IMG/VR virus record: IMGVR_UViG_3300045256_000036
Span: 1-55,100 of that record
DNA from: a virus
Lineage: Duplodnaviria; Caudoviricetes
Strand: one strand, 5' to 3'
DNA: 55,100 nucleotides
Part shown: positions 1-10,181 of the stretch, in pieces
Layout: each line of letters opens with the position of its first letter
Numbering within the stretch: the stretch's first letter is position 1
Translations under genes and position numbers: made by a program
Notes under the pieces: generated by a model
Told to the model about the DNA's origin: nothing
The model's database searches: none
What the model saw: only the letters and a program-made list of their open reading frames with translations

Positions 1-36
1 CCCGCTTTCATAAAACTCCATACCACGGGGGGGTCA
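1..36 (+). repeat. 36-bp imperfect direct repeat shared with window end (55065-55100)
   Basis: cccgctttcataaaactccata (22 bp) is identical at 1 and 55065; 32/36 identity overall; the copies would be tandem if the genome is circular. Confidence 0.9.
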
Positions 37-193
37 CGGGGGGTGGGTGGAGGAGTGCTACTCTTTATATATTATATGAATATTTTTATATTCCTTCTTT
101 TCCTATTCTCGGGGATATGAATATTCATATTCGGAAATACGCCAATATAACAAATAAAATTTAACACCTCCTCCTCCCCCCGCCTACCCCCCC
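27..193. repeat. 167-bp G-tract/AT-rich/C-tract element, copy A (inverted relative to 26621-26787); candidate replication origin
   Basis: 64-97 is the exact reverse complement of 26717-26750 (34 bp); contains the palindrome atatgaatattcatat (115-130); adjacent on the circle to the primase-helicase promoter. Confidence 0.85.
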
Positions 194-342
194 ATAATTA
201 TGTAGAAAATGAGTTAGACGGGAGAAATTAAAATAAGCGGGAGTTGGAACTTATCACCCCAAGGCGGCAGGGTACGTCGTTCCAACTCCCTAGATAATCC
301 GTAGTATACGTTCGGCGAGCGAAGGAGAGGGGACCGAAGTAC

Positions 343-804
343 TTACGGATTATCCTCCTGCGTCTCAGAGGGAGTATCCTCTTGAGACTCTGGTGTGCTA
401 ACGGCCGAGGAAACAACAGCTGACGGCGGCTCCTCGGTGTTTTGCGACGATTGGTTTGGTCCTTCGTTTGTAGTCCCGGATGATGTATTTCCTTCGGGCG
501 TAGGCGCGGCTATGCCATCAAAGATAACCTTCTCTGCCTGATTCACCGATCCGGGTAACGCAGTGTTTTGAGTGTTGTTGGGTGGCGAAGGCGGATGTAG
601 TCTCTGTGTTCCTAACGCGCCACCGAATATACCGATGATCGTTGTTAGGAGTTGCCAAGGCTCTGAAGGTTGTCTTTCCAGACGAGGATAAACAAAGATC
701 AGACCTGACATAAGATACAACATGCCCGCACCTAGAAACATCACGATGCAGAAGTTTACCCACTCACTCATCGTAGGACGTTTGCCTGGCCCATCGCTGT
801 GCAA
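343..804 (-). CDS. membrane protein (2 predicted TM helices, low-complexity S/T/P/E tail)
   Basis: Hydrophobic stretches FCIVMFLGAGMLYLMSGLIFVY and LLTTIIGIFGGAL; true start may be MSEWVN. Confidence 0.6.
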   Translation of the reverse strand: MHSDGPGKRPTMSEWVNFCIVMFLGAGMLYLMSGLIFVYPRLERQPSEPWQLLTTIIGIFGGALGTQRLHPPSPPNNTQNTALPGSVNQAEKVIFDGIAAPTPEGNTSSGTTNEGPNQSSQNTEEPPSAVVSSAVSTPESQEDTPSETQEDNP

Positions 805-1982
805 TCGATTCCTCCAAGAACGTAAGGTTGAAGAAGCTGTGTAAGCCTCTGTTCGTAAACTTCCCAGGAGAACTTAGAGGCCTGATAAGCAGCCTGATCG
901 CTTATTCTCCTGAGTGTAGGGGATACTCCAACAGCCCTACATTGATTATAGACGAACTGCATTTGCTTGATTACGTCCGCCTCATTAGGTTCATACCAAT
1001 AACCTTTGTAGGCAAAGAGTCCGTCTGGTGCACGTTCTAAGGAATATCCAGTTTCCAGCACGCAGTGAGGCTTCATGTAAGCAGCGTGTCCATGAGCTAT
1101 GTTAGCTATGACAATTCTGCCACAGGCCATAGCTTGAAGAGGCATGAAGCCAAAGCCTTCCCCAGTAGCCATCGTGACGTAGCTATGGAGCTGATGATAC
1201 CAGTCTGCCATGGCGCGTTCGCTGTAAGTTTCCTTAACAAGCTTAACACGAGGGTCGAGTAAGGCAGGATGTTCAGGCACTGAGCAATCGTGATGAACCT
1301 TGAGCTGAAGCTCGACATCCTCGACCCCGGGGAAGGCCCGAAGGAATGTTTCCGCTACTTTTATAACTCCCTTACGAACTCCTCCATGAGCGAGTCTGCC
1401 ACCAGCACCAAAGATTATCTTGTGAGTGTCTGGCAGAGGCTTATGGTAGTAGATCTTAGTGTCAATCCCCATTGGGCATACTGCCATAGGCTTATTCACA
1501 CCACTAGCGTCAAAGCATATTTGGTTCCATTCACATGGAACGATAACACACTCAACGCTAGGATCGTTAAGATGTTTCACAGCCATGTCAGGCAGTCTAC
1601 CCGACTCCCACATCGTGAACCGGATTGTTCTTGTCCTTCTAGGAGGTTCCATAGGAGTATGGATACAGAACTCCGTATCAATATCATAGAAGTGATATGG
1701 TCTAATCGAGTCACGAGGAATGTCGGGAGGTAAGGGCACGGGAAGATCCCATACCCAGTTTGCCTCGATCTTGACGTTCAAACCTATCTTACGAAGGGCA
1801 CGTATGGTTCGGATAGAATGTTGCCCGTATCCTGTGACCATGTCGAGGGCACAAGTACGGAACACTATATCTTGGATCTGACGATCTTTAGGCCGCCGGT
1901 GAGTTAGCTGTTTCTCTTCGGGCCGTTTAGTCTCGCTGCTGGGTGTAAGAGAGATACCTCGGTAGGGACTGTTCTCGTTCAT
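768..1982 (-). CDS. glycosyltransferase, GT-B fold (GT4-like)
   Basis: TGYG N-terminal motif, TMWE, RKG, and GEGFGFMPLQAMACG (EgFglpxlEAmacG-type motif). Confidence 0.85.
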   Translation of the reverse strand: MNENSPYRGISLTPSSETKRPEEKQLTHRRPKDRQIQDIVFRTCALDMVTGYGQHSIRTIRALRKIGLNVKIEANWVWDLPVPLPPDIPRDSIRPYHFYDIDTEFCIHTPMEPPRRTRTIRFTMWESGRLPDMAVKHLNDPSVECVIVPCEWNQICFDASGVNKPMAVCPMGIDTKIYYHKPLPDTHKIIFGAGGRLAHGGVRKGVIKVAETFLRAFPGVEDVELQLKVHHDCSVPEHPALLDPRVKLVKETYSERAMADWYHQLHSYVTMATGEGFGFMPLQAMACGRIVIANIAHGHAAYMKPHCVLETGYSLERAPDGLFAYKGYWYEPNEADVIKQMQFVYNQCRAVGVSPTLRRISDQAAYQASKFSWEVYEQRLTQLLQPYVLGGIDCTAMGQANVLR

Positions 1983-1991
1983 GATTGTGTG

Positions 1992-3467
1992 TTAGCCTTG
2001 ACCGACGATCGTCCAAGCATTACCTACCCACTTAAGCAAGCGAACATAGTTGTACTTCGCTGCTAGAGTGATAGGTGTGGTGACTCCGTTGATGGTTTCT
2101 CCTACTGCTGACTGAACGTAGCAAGCATACGTAGGACTAAGATTGACGAACAGAATCTCTCGTTTGGAGGTCCATGAAGGTGGAGGACAGTATGTTACAG
2201 CTCCTCCAGACGGAACCATCAAGATGAGTTCGTCAGTTCCATCTAGAGTCCAAGGACCACCAGACAGCGTGTAGTTCGAAACAGCTGCATGCTCGAATGG
2301 ATTCAGTCCTCCGCCGCCACCGGCTCCATCGCCAGTGTAAACGAAGTCGTAGATCTCAACTACGTCAGCTCCACCAGCACCAGCAACCCAACCAAATCCC
2401 CAGAGTTCAGGAGTTAGGCGAACTTTGTCGTACGTCGAGTAGTAGTCGTAATAGCTGGCAATGTTACTTGCTGCTAAGACCCTGAACGCACACATAGACG
2501 GACCTTTAACTCCTAGGGGCTGGACAACCAGTCCAGGAGGGAGTTGGTCTATGAGACTTTGCCTAATTTGATGAACGAAGTTCAGGTTTGTGAATGAGCC
2601 CTTGTTGGCAAAGTTGATCACGATTATCTTGTCAGTGTTAGCTGCAATGTCAAGATAGATCTGATCAAGCGTCACCATATTTGGTGAGGTGAACGGTGCT
2701 GTGTTCGTTATGAGAAGCTTCTTAACTCCAGCGTCGGTGACAATCGACAGAGCGATTCCGGTTCCGGCTTTAGTCTTCTCGTCGAGGCTTCCAGCGCCAG
2801 TATCACCAGCGTCAGCCTTAACAGTTTTTGCATCGATGACACTGTAGTAGGCTCCGTTGTAGAAGATATAGAATCCGCCGTTAGTGTAGGCAAAGAAAAG
2901 TCCACCAGTAGGAGGAGTATCTCCAGGCGGGCCTACATCTGCGGTGCGTCGTGTGAAGATGCCTTGGTGGATCTCTTGCCTACCAGAGTAGTCCCTCTCG
3001 ATGATATTGCCACCAGAAGTAAGCAAGGAGCCACAGTAAGTAGCTACTTGAGACGGAACCGTTGTGCTCTGTGTGATGATTGGATCGTTCGTTTGTGCAA
3101 GCCAAATAAAGTTTCTGGCATTGTCGACAAGAGGAAGATCAATCTCGGCAGATACGACTACAGGTCCGTCGAGAGAAGCTTGACCAATCTCTAGCACACC
3201 TACTAGACCAGTAGCTGCCTTTTCTCGGACGCCAAGACCATAGGCAATACCCCAGGAACCATTGCCGCCGTAGCGGCTCTGTGCTTCTTGCCTGATTGTA
3301 TTCCTGTTATGCTTCTGCAGACCTACAGTAGTTTCTCCCTGAATGATGTACTCATGGACTACTACTTGGGTCTCAGGAGCACCGTTGTACGGATCGATCA
3401 AACCAGTAGGCAGCCTAACAGCAGGACAGTTGACTGCTAGATAGTTGTACGTGATTGGAAGAGACAT
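1992..3467 (-). CDS. putative tail fiber / receptor-binding protein
   Basis: Position at the end of the tail module; Gly/Thr-rich beta-type composition; C-terminal ETINGVTTPITLAAKYNYVRL...W resembles common fiber C-terminal modules. Confidence 0.55.
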   Translation of the reverse strand: MSLPITYNYLAVNCPAVRLPTGLIDPYNGAPETQVVVHEYIIQGETTVGLQKHNRNTIRQEAQSRYGGNGSWGIAYGLGVREKAATGLVGVLEIGQASLDGPVVVSAEIDLPLVDNARNFIWLAQTNDPIITQSTTVPSQVATYCGSLLTSGGNIIERDYSGRQEIHQGIFTRRTADVGPPGDTPPTGGLFFAYTNGGFYIFYNGAYYSVIDAKTVKADAGDTGAGSLDEKTKAGTGIALSIVTDAGVKKLLITNTAPFTSPNMVTLDQIYLDIAANTDKIIVINFANKGSFTNLNFVHQIRQSLIDQLPPGLVVQPLGVKGPSMCAFRVLAASNIASYYDYYSTYDKVRLTPELWGFGWVAGAGGADVVEIYDFVYTGDGAGGGGGLNPFEHAAVSNYTLSGGPWTLDGTDELILMVPSGGAVTYCPPPSWTSKREILFVNLSPTYACYVQSAVGETINGVTTPITLAAKYNYVRLLKWVGNAWTIVGQG

Positions 3468-3476
3468 GGCTGCTTG

Positions 3477-4697
3477 TTAGCTCGCTTCTGATGGGATAAT
3501 CTCCCAAGTTTCACCGTCATCTTCTGAAGTTAGATGGGCGATGTCGCCGTTCTCTAACTGACAAACTAGTGAGATGGAATTCTCGAATGTGTGAGACTCA
3601 CAAAGCTTGAACGTATTGTTGTGGATTCTCAAATTCGAGAACGTGTTAGCATCTCTATCGTATACCTGGAATGTAAACTCAGCTCCAGGATACTCGGCAC
3701 CTTTTTCTTGGAACCTGCCTTTAATGATACCTCCTGTGTTGGTATCATCTAATGTATCAGGAAGATAGGCAGCGAATAGAAGGCCGTGTGTTGTCTTGAC
3801 TATGTCAGGATGCCTATATCCTAATCCCTGAGGAAATAGAGGCACGGGATCTTCTCCTTCACCTACTTCTGCTGTAGTTAAGATAGTCCAGGTTTCGCAG
3901 TCATCCTCCGAGCCTAGGAAGTCTACCTGTGAGTTATTCGATCCTAAGTCCCTAGTGCCAACTGCCTTATATAGCTGATCATCCCAGATGAAACGAAACT
4001 GTCGGTAAGAACCAGAGTCGATGTCGCTGGCAATGATCTCGTTGATGGGAGGCGTTGTAATGTTGGCTAAGTGGAAGTCAGGACTGTTGTCAAGTGGAAT
4101 GGCTGCTCTATATCTGTTAGCAAGTCCTAGCTTGTTGTAGACATTACCTACGTTGTTCTTTGCACACCTGTGAGTAATGCTATCCCATGAAGTGCCTGGA
4201 GGACAATCATGAGGATCAGGACCACCACTCCACTCACAAATTTGAGTCAGTGGGTTCCAAGTGTATCCAGTAGGGCAGACTATGTCATGACATGTTCCTA
4301 CGTTAGGATAGCACCAGTCTCTGATTGGATTAGGGCAGTACTTGCATGCTGGTCCTAGCCACCAAGGCCCATAAGGAAATATCGATCTGCTGACAGGTAA
4401 GAACGTCGTACAGTCGATAGGCTTTGAGCATCGAAGATCAAACGGATTACCTGACGCAGGATCATATCCGGGAGGGCAGTTAGTTTCTAGTGTTCTAAAC
4501 ACAACCTCGCAGCATGCAGCGAAGCAATCGCTACAGCTACGTTTGTAGTTATCCTCTGCATTGACTCCTGTGTAGCAGTTATCAGGGTAGTCGGGACTCT
4601 CGCATCGGCATTGAGTCCTATTCCACGTCCAAGGAAAGGAAGGGCAAGTGCCAGCAATGTAGCCGCCAGTTTCATCACATGGTTGAAGTAATGGCAT
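3477..4697 (-). CDS. Cys-rich tail-associated protein with C-terminal Asp-box (BNR) repeats
   Basis: 20 Cys in the first ~180 aa with CPxGxxW(N/D)xxTxxC repeats; Asp-boxes SEDDCETW and SEDDGETW. Confidence 0.55.
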   Translation of the reverse strand: MPLLQPCDETGGYIAGTCPSFPWTWNRTQCRCESPDYPDNCYTGVNAEDNYKRSCSDCFAACCEVVFRTLETNCPPGYDPASGNPFDLRCSKPIDCTTFLPVSRSIFPYGPWWLGPACKYCPNPIRDWCYPNVGTCHDIVCPTGYTWNPLTQICEWSGGPDPHDCPPGTSWDSITHRCAKNNVGNVYNKLGLANRYRAAIPLDNSPDFHLANITTPPINEIIASDIDSGSYRQFRFIWDDQLYKAVGTRDLGSNNSQVDFLGSEDDCETWTILTTAEVGEGEDPVPLFPQGLGYRHPDIVKTTHGLLFAAYLPDTLDDTNTGGIIKGRFQEKGAEYPGAEFTFQVYDRDANTFSNLRIHNNTFKLCESHTFENSISLVCQLENGDIAHLTSEDDGETWEIIPSEAS

Positions 4698-4712
4698 TGC
4701 GGGACTCGTTTG

Positions 4713-5261
4713 CTAGAAGCTTCCTAACCTAAGAAGGAACCCAATCTCTTCTGTCTTGAGTTCGTGAAGTCCTATGTTGCTGAAGCCGAACCCATAAGGA
4801 TGATTTTCAGCAAATGGCATTACGAAACCCATTCGAGTCTGATCAGGCGACACCCAGATATCTCCTGGCATTGGAGCGTAGACAGGAAACGGATAACACC
4901 TGAACCCTTGAGTTATGAGCTGTGCTATGAACCTTTCAGGCGACGCATGATAACCTACTAGGAGTCCGCATTGCTGTAACGTCAGCCAGACAAGGAGCTC
5001 TCCAGATGGCGGACTAGGCTCTGCTGACTTCTGTGTGTAGTGTAAGATCTGATTTCTGATTCCGTTTGTAGACAGAACCATAAGCAGAACTTCCTTAGGA
5101 GTAGAAGGTTTGCCAGACTTCATCTTAGGCTTACGAAACGTCAGTTTCTTGTGAAGCTCATTAAGCTTCCGTTGACGTTTGTCGCAGCCGCATCCAGGCT
5201 TCTTCTTGAATCCTAAGAAGCTAGCTACTTGAGCTACTCGGTCTCCTAGCAAGATAGGCAT
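4713..5261 (-). CDS. hypothetical tail-region protein
   Basis: Tightly packed ORF; N-terminal CGCxxRxxxLN motif. Confidence 0.55.
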   Translation of the reverse strand: MPILLGDRVAQVASFLGFKKKPGCGCDKRQRKLNELHKKLTFRKPKMKSGKPSTPKEVLLMVLSTNGIRNQILHYTQKSAEPSPPSGELLVWLTLQQCGLLVGYHASPERFIAQLITQGFRCYPFPVYAPMPGDIWVSPDQTRMGFVMPFAENHPYGFGFSNIGLHELKTEEIGFLLRLGSF

Positions 5262-5269
5262 CGTTATTC

Positions 5270-5509
5270 CTAGTGGAAGGGATTAGGTCCGCCGTATGGA
5301 TGTACTCCATACATGAAGTAAAGCTCTCCAGTGTCAGGATCTTGAAGCTTTCGTTGAAACCTAATGTCGATCGGAAGCCTCAGGATTTTAGCATCCTGAT
5401 TCTGAGACGTTACTTCTCCAACAAACACGCGTGAGAGATCGGAATTGATTCCCAAGTTGAGGAGAGCATTTCTCCGTTCCCATTTCTTTCTGATCGTTAC
5501 ATGTCGCAT
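5270..5509 (-). CDS. hypothetical protein
   Basis: Fills the gap in the co-oriented late operon. Confidence 0.5.
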   Translation of the reverse strand: MRHVTIRKKWERRNALLNLGINSDLSRVFVGEVTSQNQDAKILRLPIDIRFQRKLQDPDTGELYFMYGVHPYGGPNPFH

Positions 5510-5523
5510 GACTTGTGTTGTTC

Positions 5524-8157
5524 CTATTCTGGAACGATGATTCCTTCGTAGTCTGCCATTTGAATTCCGTCGTACTCGTAGCTAGGTGTAACGCTATGAA
5601 GTAGGATAGGTACACCATCTAGTAGGACGACGTCATTTAATCTTAGCATTCGGTGGTAGTACTGGTATTGATCAGGTGTGTCTGAAGGAGCTAGCCATAT
5701 CAATGGTGCATGGTAGTTAACCCAGAACCTAGCATGAGCTGCCTGGTCGAAGTAACGTACACATACAAGATCTACAGCTAGCTGACTTTGAGCAGGGTCC
5801 GTACTGCCAAGATATCTGTCAACATGAAAGAGTGGAACCCATCTTCCTAGGAAGTCTGGACTGTCCGGATTAGAGATAGAGTCCTTGTTGTACAGTGCTT
5901 GGAAGTATTGATAGTTACCTGCATTAGTTCCTGGCAGTACCCTCCCATCAGTAGACACTGCAATGTAATTGAACTCAGGCGGCTCTACCGATATTTCAAA
6001 GGTAAAGTCCTGAATCCAAGAACCATTAGTGCCGTAACCTCCTAAGTTGTGAACTACTCTCGGAACACCATCTCCCCAAGTAGGTCGCTGTGAGTAGAAG
6101 TTATATAGTGCCTGTGGAGCGTAAGGCGGATTAGGGTTAGGAATCAGTCTCCAAGCACCATATACTCCTGTCGCAAGTGAGATGCTAGGATCCCAACAGA
6201 GCGCCATGCCTAGGATGTCCTTGGCAAGCTTCTGAATTACATCTAGGTGTGAAGCACCTGTAGCGATGTAGTAGTCATCAGACTGCAATCCCGGACTCTG
6301 CCAAAGCCTAGTTGGTAGATCAGGAAGCCCGATCTGATTGTCAGGAAAGCCAGCATTCCTAATTAGGTAGTAAATGATGTCGGTGATCTTCCAGGGCAGT
6401 AGTTCCCCAGTCCTAGGATTCCTAGGTCGACTAGGATCGATATAGAAGTTCTTGAGTCCGATGAACCTCTGATCGGCAAGACGTGACCACATGCCGACCA
6501 TACTGATATCGTAGTCGAACCAGTTAGTTGAAGGATACTGCCTTAGTCCTCCCGCTCCTGCGAAACCTCTGTTCTTTCTCCTGCCGACTCTTTTCGCTTT
6601 GACTCGGGCTGTCTCGCCGTCGTGAACAAAACCAATAGTGCCACCAGAGCTATTAACAAGAATGGAGGATCTAATACGACCTCGACTCTTGAGAATAGAA
6701 AACTGATTGGCAGGGTCATGTATCTGGGTCTTTGCAGAGCTCGTACGTGGATCCGCAATCGACGGACCCGTTGCGGATACATGACCATAGGGCTGTGTTG
6801 ATGTTGTCGTATTAGGGAAGTTCAAGTACAACCCAGTAACTACGATCTTGTAGTTCTTGAGTACTGGAGTTGCATACTTGTCCTCTGTTAGGAGTTTGAA
6901 CTTGACGATGTAGTCCTGAACGTTGTCTTCTGCGACCCATTCAGTATACTCTGCATCCAAATTTCCAGCTGACAGCGTCAGAGGTGCTAGAGTATCAGCT
7001 CTACATACAGTAGCTTCGATGGAATTATCGTCACCTAGATGCGCGTCAATGTAGAGCTTAATACGAGTCCAGTCACCGTTAATGTCCGTAAACGGAATAT
7101 GAAACGGGACATCATAGCAGTTACCGTCAGTAATTCCGTCGTGGTCTGAATCGCCAATGTAAACAAGCCTAGCTATCGAAAGCGGGCGTCGGTAGTCAGC
7201 TCTTACGTCGACTCGAGGAACGCCCAGTCCGGTCATCCATTTCGTATGCGTGTGACCGGATCGAGCACTACTCTCGAAATACATCTGATTGTTGTTGTTT
7301 ACATCATCTCTAAAGATGTTGAAAACACTATCAGCTTCAGGACTTATCGAGTCGAAGTCGATATATGAGGCGCAGTAGGGCATGACTCTGATCACGTGCA
7401 CTCTGCCCATGATCTTAGTTACTTCAGCCCATTTGAATTCGTATCGAAGCTCCCACTTCTTAGCTTTTTCGTCGTACTCGTAGAGTTTGGCATGACCGTT
7501 TCCAGCCAGTACTAAACAGAAACGACCGCCAGAAGCAGTATCAGGATCAGTACCTGTTCCTCCACCGAATTGAAACTTGATCAGGTTATGGAAGTTAAAA
7601 TACTCCTCATGAAGGTCGAACATGATAACATAACCAGTGTTCTCCTTATGGGTCTGTTTAACTTGAATAATCCTAACCTGATTGACTTCGTCTCTGTCAT
7701 CAGTAGGAGAAGGAATAGCAGCAGCATCAGCATCTAGCTGATTGTCGTATCTGCCGTCCTTTCTGATCTTTCTGATTAGTGCCTTACCACCTGATGCGAT
7801 GAGATCGGGAGACTTAAGAATACCTCGCACAGGTCCCGAAATCAAGGAGTTAGGACCATACATGATCTTCTCTTTGAGATCGGGAGGTGCGTTGATATCT
7901 CCACCACCGATTACGCTAGGAGATCCCTCTCGAGTGACGTAGACAAGCATGTTGTCTAACGACGGTGTTAGAGTAATGTATCCAGCCTTAGTTAGGTGAA
8001 CATTCCTGAAGGGAAGAGCCTTATTGGAAAGGCCTCCCTGCATGATCTCTAGACCTGTTCGAGTAAACTCCCACTCAGGTTGAGCCAGAGAAGTAGTTTC
8101 AGCCTGAATGAAGACTGCTGTTTGCCTATCTGGAGTTGGAAGCGTGGAGTTAGACAT
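5524..8157 (-). CDS. large minor tail / tail-tip protein
   Basis: 877 aa, directly downstream of the tape measure gene with TAATG coupling. Confidence 0.6.
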   Translation of the reverse strand: MSNSTLPTPDRQTAVFIQAETTSLAQPEWEFTRTGLEIMQGGLSNKALPFRNVHLTKAGYITLTPSLDNMLVYVTREGSPSVIGGGDINAPPDLKEKIMYGPNSLISGPVRGILKSPDLIASGGKALIRKIRKDGRYDNQLDADAAAIPSPTDDRDEVNQVRIIQVKQTHKENTGYVIMFDLHEEYFNFHNLIKFQFGGGTGTDPDTASGGRFCLVLAGNGHAKLYEYDEKAKKWELRYEFKWAEVTKIMGRVHVIRVMPYCASYIDFDSISPEADSVFNIFRDDVNNNNQMYFESSARSGHTHTKWMTGLGVPRVDVRADYRRPLSIARLVYIGDSDHDGITDGNCYDVPFHIPFTDINGDWTRIKLYIDAHLGDDNSIEATVCRADTLAPLTLSAGNLDAEYTEWVAEDNVQDYIVKFKLLTEDKYATPVLKNYKIVVTGLYLNFPNTTTSTQPYGHVSATGPSIADPRTSSAKTQIHDPANQFSILKSRGRIRSSILVNSSGGTIGFVHDGETARVKAKRVGRRKNRGFAGAGGLRQYPSTNWFDYDISMVGMWSRLADQRFIGLKNFYIDPSRPRNPRTGELLPWKITDIIYYLIRNAGFPDNQIGLPDLPTRLWQSPGLQSDDYYIATGASHLDVIQKLAKDILGMALCWDPSISLATGVYGAWRLIPNPNPPYAPQALYNFYSQRPTWGDGVPRVVHNLGGYGTNGSWIQDFTFEISVEPPEFNYIAVSTDGRVLPGTNAGNYQYFQALYNKDSISNPDSPDFLGRWVPLFHVDRYLGSTDPAQSQLAVDLVCVRYFDQAAHARFWVNYHAPLIWLAPSDTPDQYQYYHRMLRLNDVVLLDGVPILLHSVTPSYEYDGIQMADYEGIIVPE

Positions 8158-9848
8158 TAGCTAATACCGAAGGCTCCATACGTAAGCGCACCTGCTGCTG
8201 CGGCCTGCCTGAACAGTTCACCTCTCATAGCCGAACCGATTGCCTCTGTAACTCGATGTCCGCCTCCAGCTGTTCCGTCTTTCATCATGAACGTCTGAGC
8301 GTTAAGAGCATTGGCATGGTTGTCCATAGCGTTGATGTGTTTAGCTTCCGCCTCTGTTCTCTTTCTGATACCTTCCTTAACATCTCTTCCGTGAACTAGA
8401 TCGTTAATTCTAGCACCGATCTCAGAGAAGTTAGCTGGCAACTCTGCGAGGATCTTAAAGTCCTCTGCAAAACCAGCTGCAAAGAAGTTTCCTATTGGCA
8501 TGAGGATCTTACCAATTTCAGTCATGAATAGTCCGAAGTTGTGAGTAAGCCTACCCCAGTTAGCCGCTAGGTCGGTTCCTGCTTGCTGATTTCCAGGATC
8601 TGCCAGACGTGCGGAAGCTCTTGCGTCGTCGAGTTTGGCGTTGTAGATGTCCTTAGAAGCTAATAGCTCTGCAGTGTATCCGTCCAAGTGAAGCATGCGA
8701 GCTTGTCGCAGCATCTCGAGCTTACCATGCTCTTCACCGTAAGTTCGAAGAAGCTTGATATGATCCTCAAGAATGACACCTTCATCAACAGGACCAAAAG
8801 GTCTAGGAGCTACAAAGCCTCCACCACCGATTGCTCTAGACGCCATTACAGCAAAAGGATCATTACCTAAAGCCTCTCGAAGCCTAGCAGCTGCTTCAGG
8901 TTGTTTGTCTGTCGATATACCTAGAGAAGACAATACTGCAGTGGACCTAGCTTCAGATCCCATTAGGTAAGATGTCTTAGCATAGTCCGACAAAGCAGAA
9001 GCTGCATGAATTGCAGATGCTGCAAGAGCTGCCAGTGCTATGTTGACCGGATTAAGGTTCCCTTCACTCAGTAAGAAAGGAGCCATCAAGCCGATAGCTG
9101 CACGGCCAGCACCACCTCCAGGACCTCCAATCAGACCAGCAGAGTAGCCCATCATAAGGCCGATGTTACGAGCCATGAAGCTCGAACCACCAAAACCAGT
9201 ACCCCGCTTTTTGTCGATGAGATCTACTCGCTCCTGAGCCATCTGAAGGTTAAGAGTTGCATCTTTGACAATGTCTGAGTGACCATACTTCATAGCATTG
9301 TCAAGGTCAATCTTAGCTTGCTGTAGATTCTGGAAGGGTCCTTGAATGTGAGAAACACCGGCTCGTCGCTTCTCCTGCAGATTTCTTTCATCTAGAGCCT
9401 TGCGGTAGTTGTCCGCTGCATCTTGAAGAGCATCATCAGGAGTAAAATCTCGGAAGCTTACATCCCCGCCGAGAGCTCTATAAGCTTCTCTTGATTGAAA
9501 GACCCTGGCATTCACTCCACCGCCAGTGATGCCACGCATCTCATTTTGAGCTGAAGTGAATCTTTGCTGCGCCTTGAACAAGTTATAGCCTTTGTCGAAC
9601 ATCTCTGCGATGCTCACAAGACCTTGTTCAACATTCGACTGATCAGCAGCAGTCTTGAAGGAGCGAGCTTTCGCAGCGAGGTCGGTCATAGGACCAATCG
9701 ATGCTCGAGCTCGCCCCGTGTCAGGATCTTCAGGCACAGGCGTTCTAGCGATCGCCGAGACATCCATCGATGCTAGACTCTCGATCAGATCGGGAAGGAG
9801 TGCAAGAAGGTTCTCGACATTCCTTAGATTGTAGTCTGGCGGTCGCAT
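8157..9848 (-). CDS. tape measure protein (short, 563 aa)
   Basis: Ala/Gly-rich helical protein with a hydrophobic segment, immediately after the frameshifting chaperone pair. Confidence 0.7.
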   Translation of the reverse strand: MRPPDYNLRNVENLLALLPDLIESLASMDVSAIARTPVPEDPDTGRARASIGPMTDLAAKARSFKTAADQSNVEQGLVSIAEMFDKGYNLFKAQQRFTSAQNEMRGITGGGVNARVFQSREAYRALGGDVSFRDFTPDDALQDAADNYRKALDERNLQEKRRAGVSHIQGPFQNLQQAKIDLDNAMKYGHSDIVKDATLNLQMAQERVDLIDKKRGTGFGGSSFMARNIGLMMGYSAGLIGGPGGGAGRAAIGLMAPFLLSEGNLNPVNIALAALAASAIHAASALSDYAKTSYLMGSEARSTAVLSSLGISTDKQPEAAARLREALGNDPFAVMASRAIGGGGFVAPRPFGPVDEGVILEDHIKLLRTYGEEHGKLEMLRQARMLHLDGYTAELLASKDIYNAKLDDARASARLADPGNQQAGTDLAANWGRLTHNFGLFMTEIGKILMPIGNFFAAGFAEDFKILAELPANFSEIGARINDLVHGRDVKEGIRKRTEAEAKHINAMDNHANALNAQTFMMKDGTAGGGHRVTEAIGSAMRGELFRQAAAAGALTYGAFGIS

Positions 9849-9854
9849 GTTCGT

Positions 9855-10181
9855 TTAGAACGCTCTTTCGTCAAGTGACTGAAGTGCACGCAACTCACTT
9901 GAAGTAACTTCTTCCTTGCGATTGGTTAGTACATCGATAGCTGCATTCAACTCCTCAATATTGATACTGAGGATGTCGTTGATGATCTCGCTACTGAACT
10001 CAGTCGAAGGAAGAGGAAGTTTATCTTCCGATACACCAAGCTTTAAGGCTATCTCCCTCAAGACAAGGAAACTGCCTCTTGCATGATAGTCGTTGCGCTT
10101 AATAACTTCTAGGTGGTGTCCCGCTCTTTCCTTTAACCCTGCCCGGATACACCTGAGGCCAGGGTAGGCGTTGACTTTCCC
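9855..10181 (-). CDS. tail assembly chaperone, -1 frameshift extension (gpGT-like)
   Basis: The -1 frame is open from the slippery site GGGAAAG (10175-10181) through KVNAYPGLRCIRAG... into ORF 9855..10061. Confidence 0.8.
   Translation of the reverse strand, partial: GKVNAYPGLRCIRAGLKERAGHHLEVIKRNDYHARGSFLVLREIALKLGVSEDKLPLPSTEFSSEIINDILSINIEELNAAIDVLTNRKEEVTSSELRALQSLDERAF

Noticed and set aside
1-36. Exact direct terminal repeat defining virion ends
   Set aside because: Copies have four mismatches and are only 36 bp; more consistent with tandem iterons at an assembly break
1992-4697. Diversity-generating retroelement targeting tail fibers
   Set aside because: No reverse transcriptase and no template/variable repeat pair noticed
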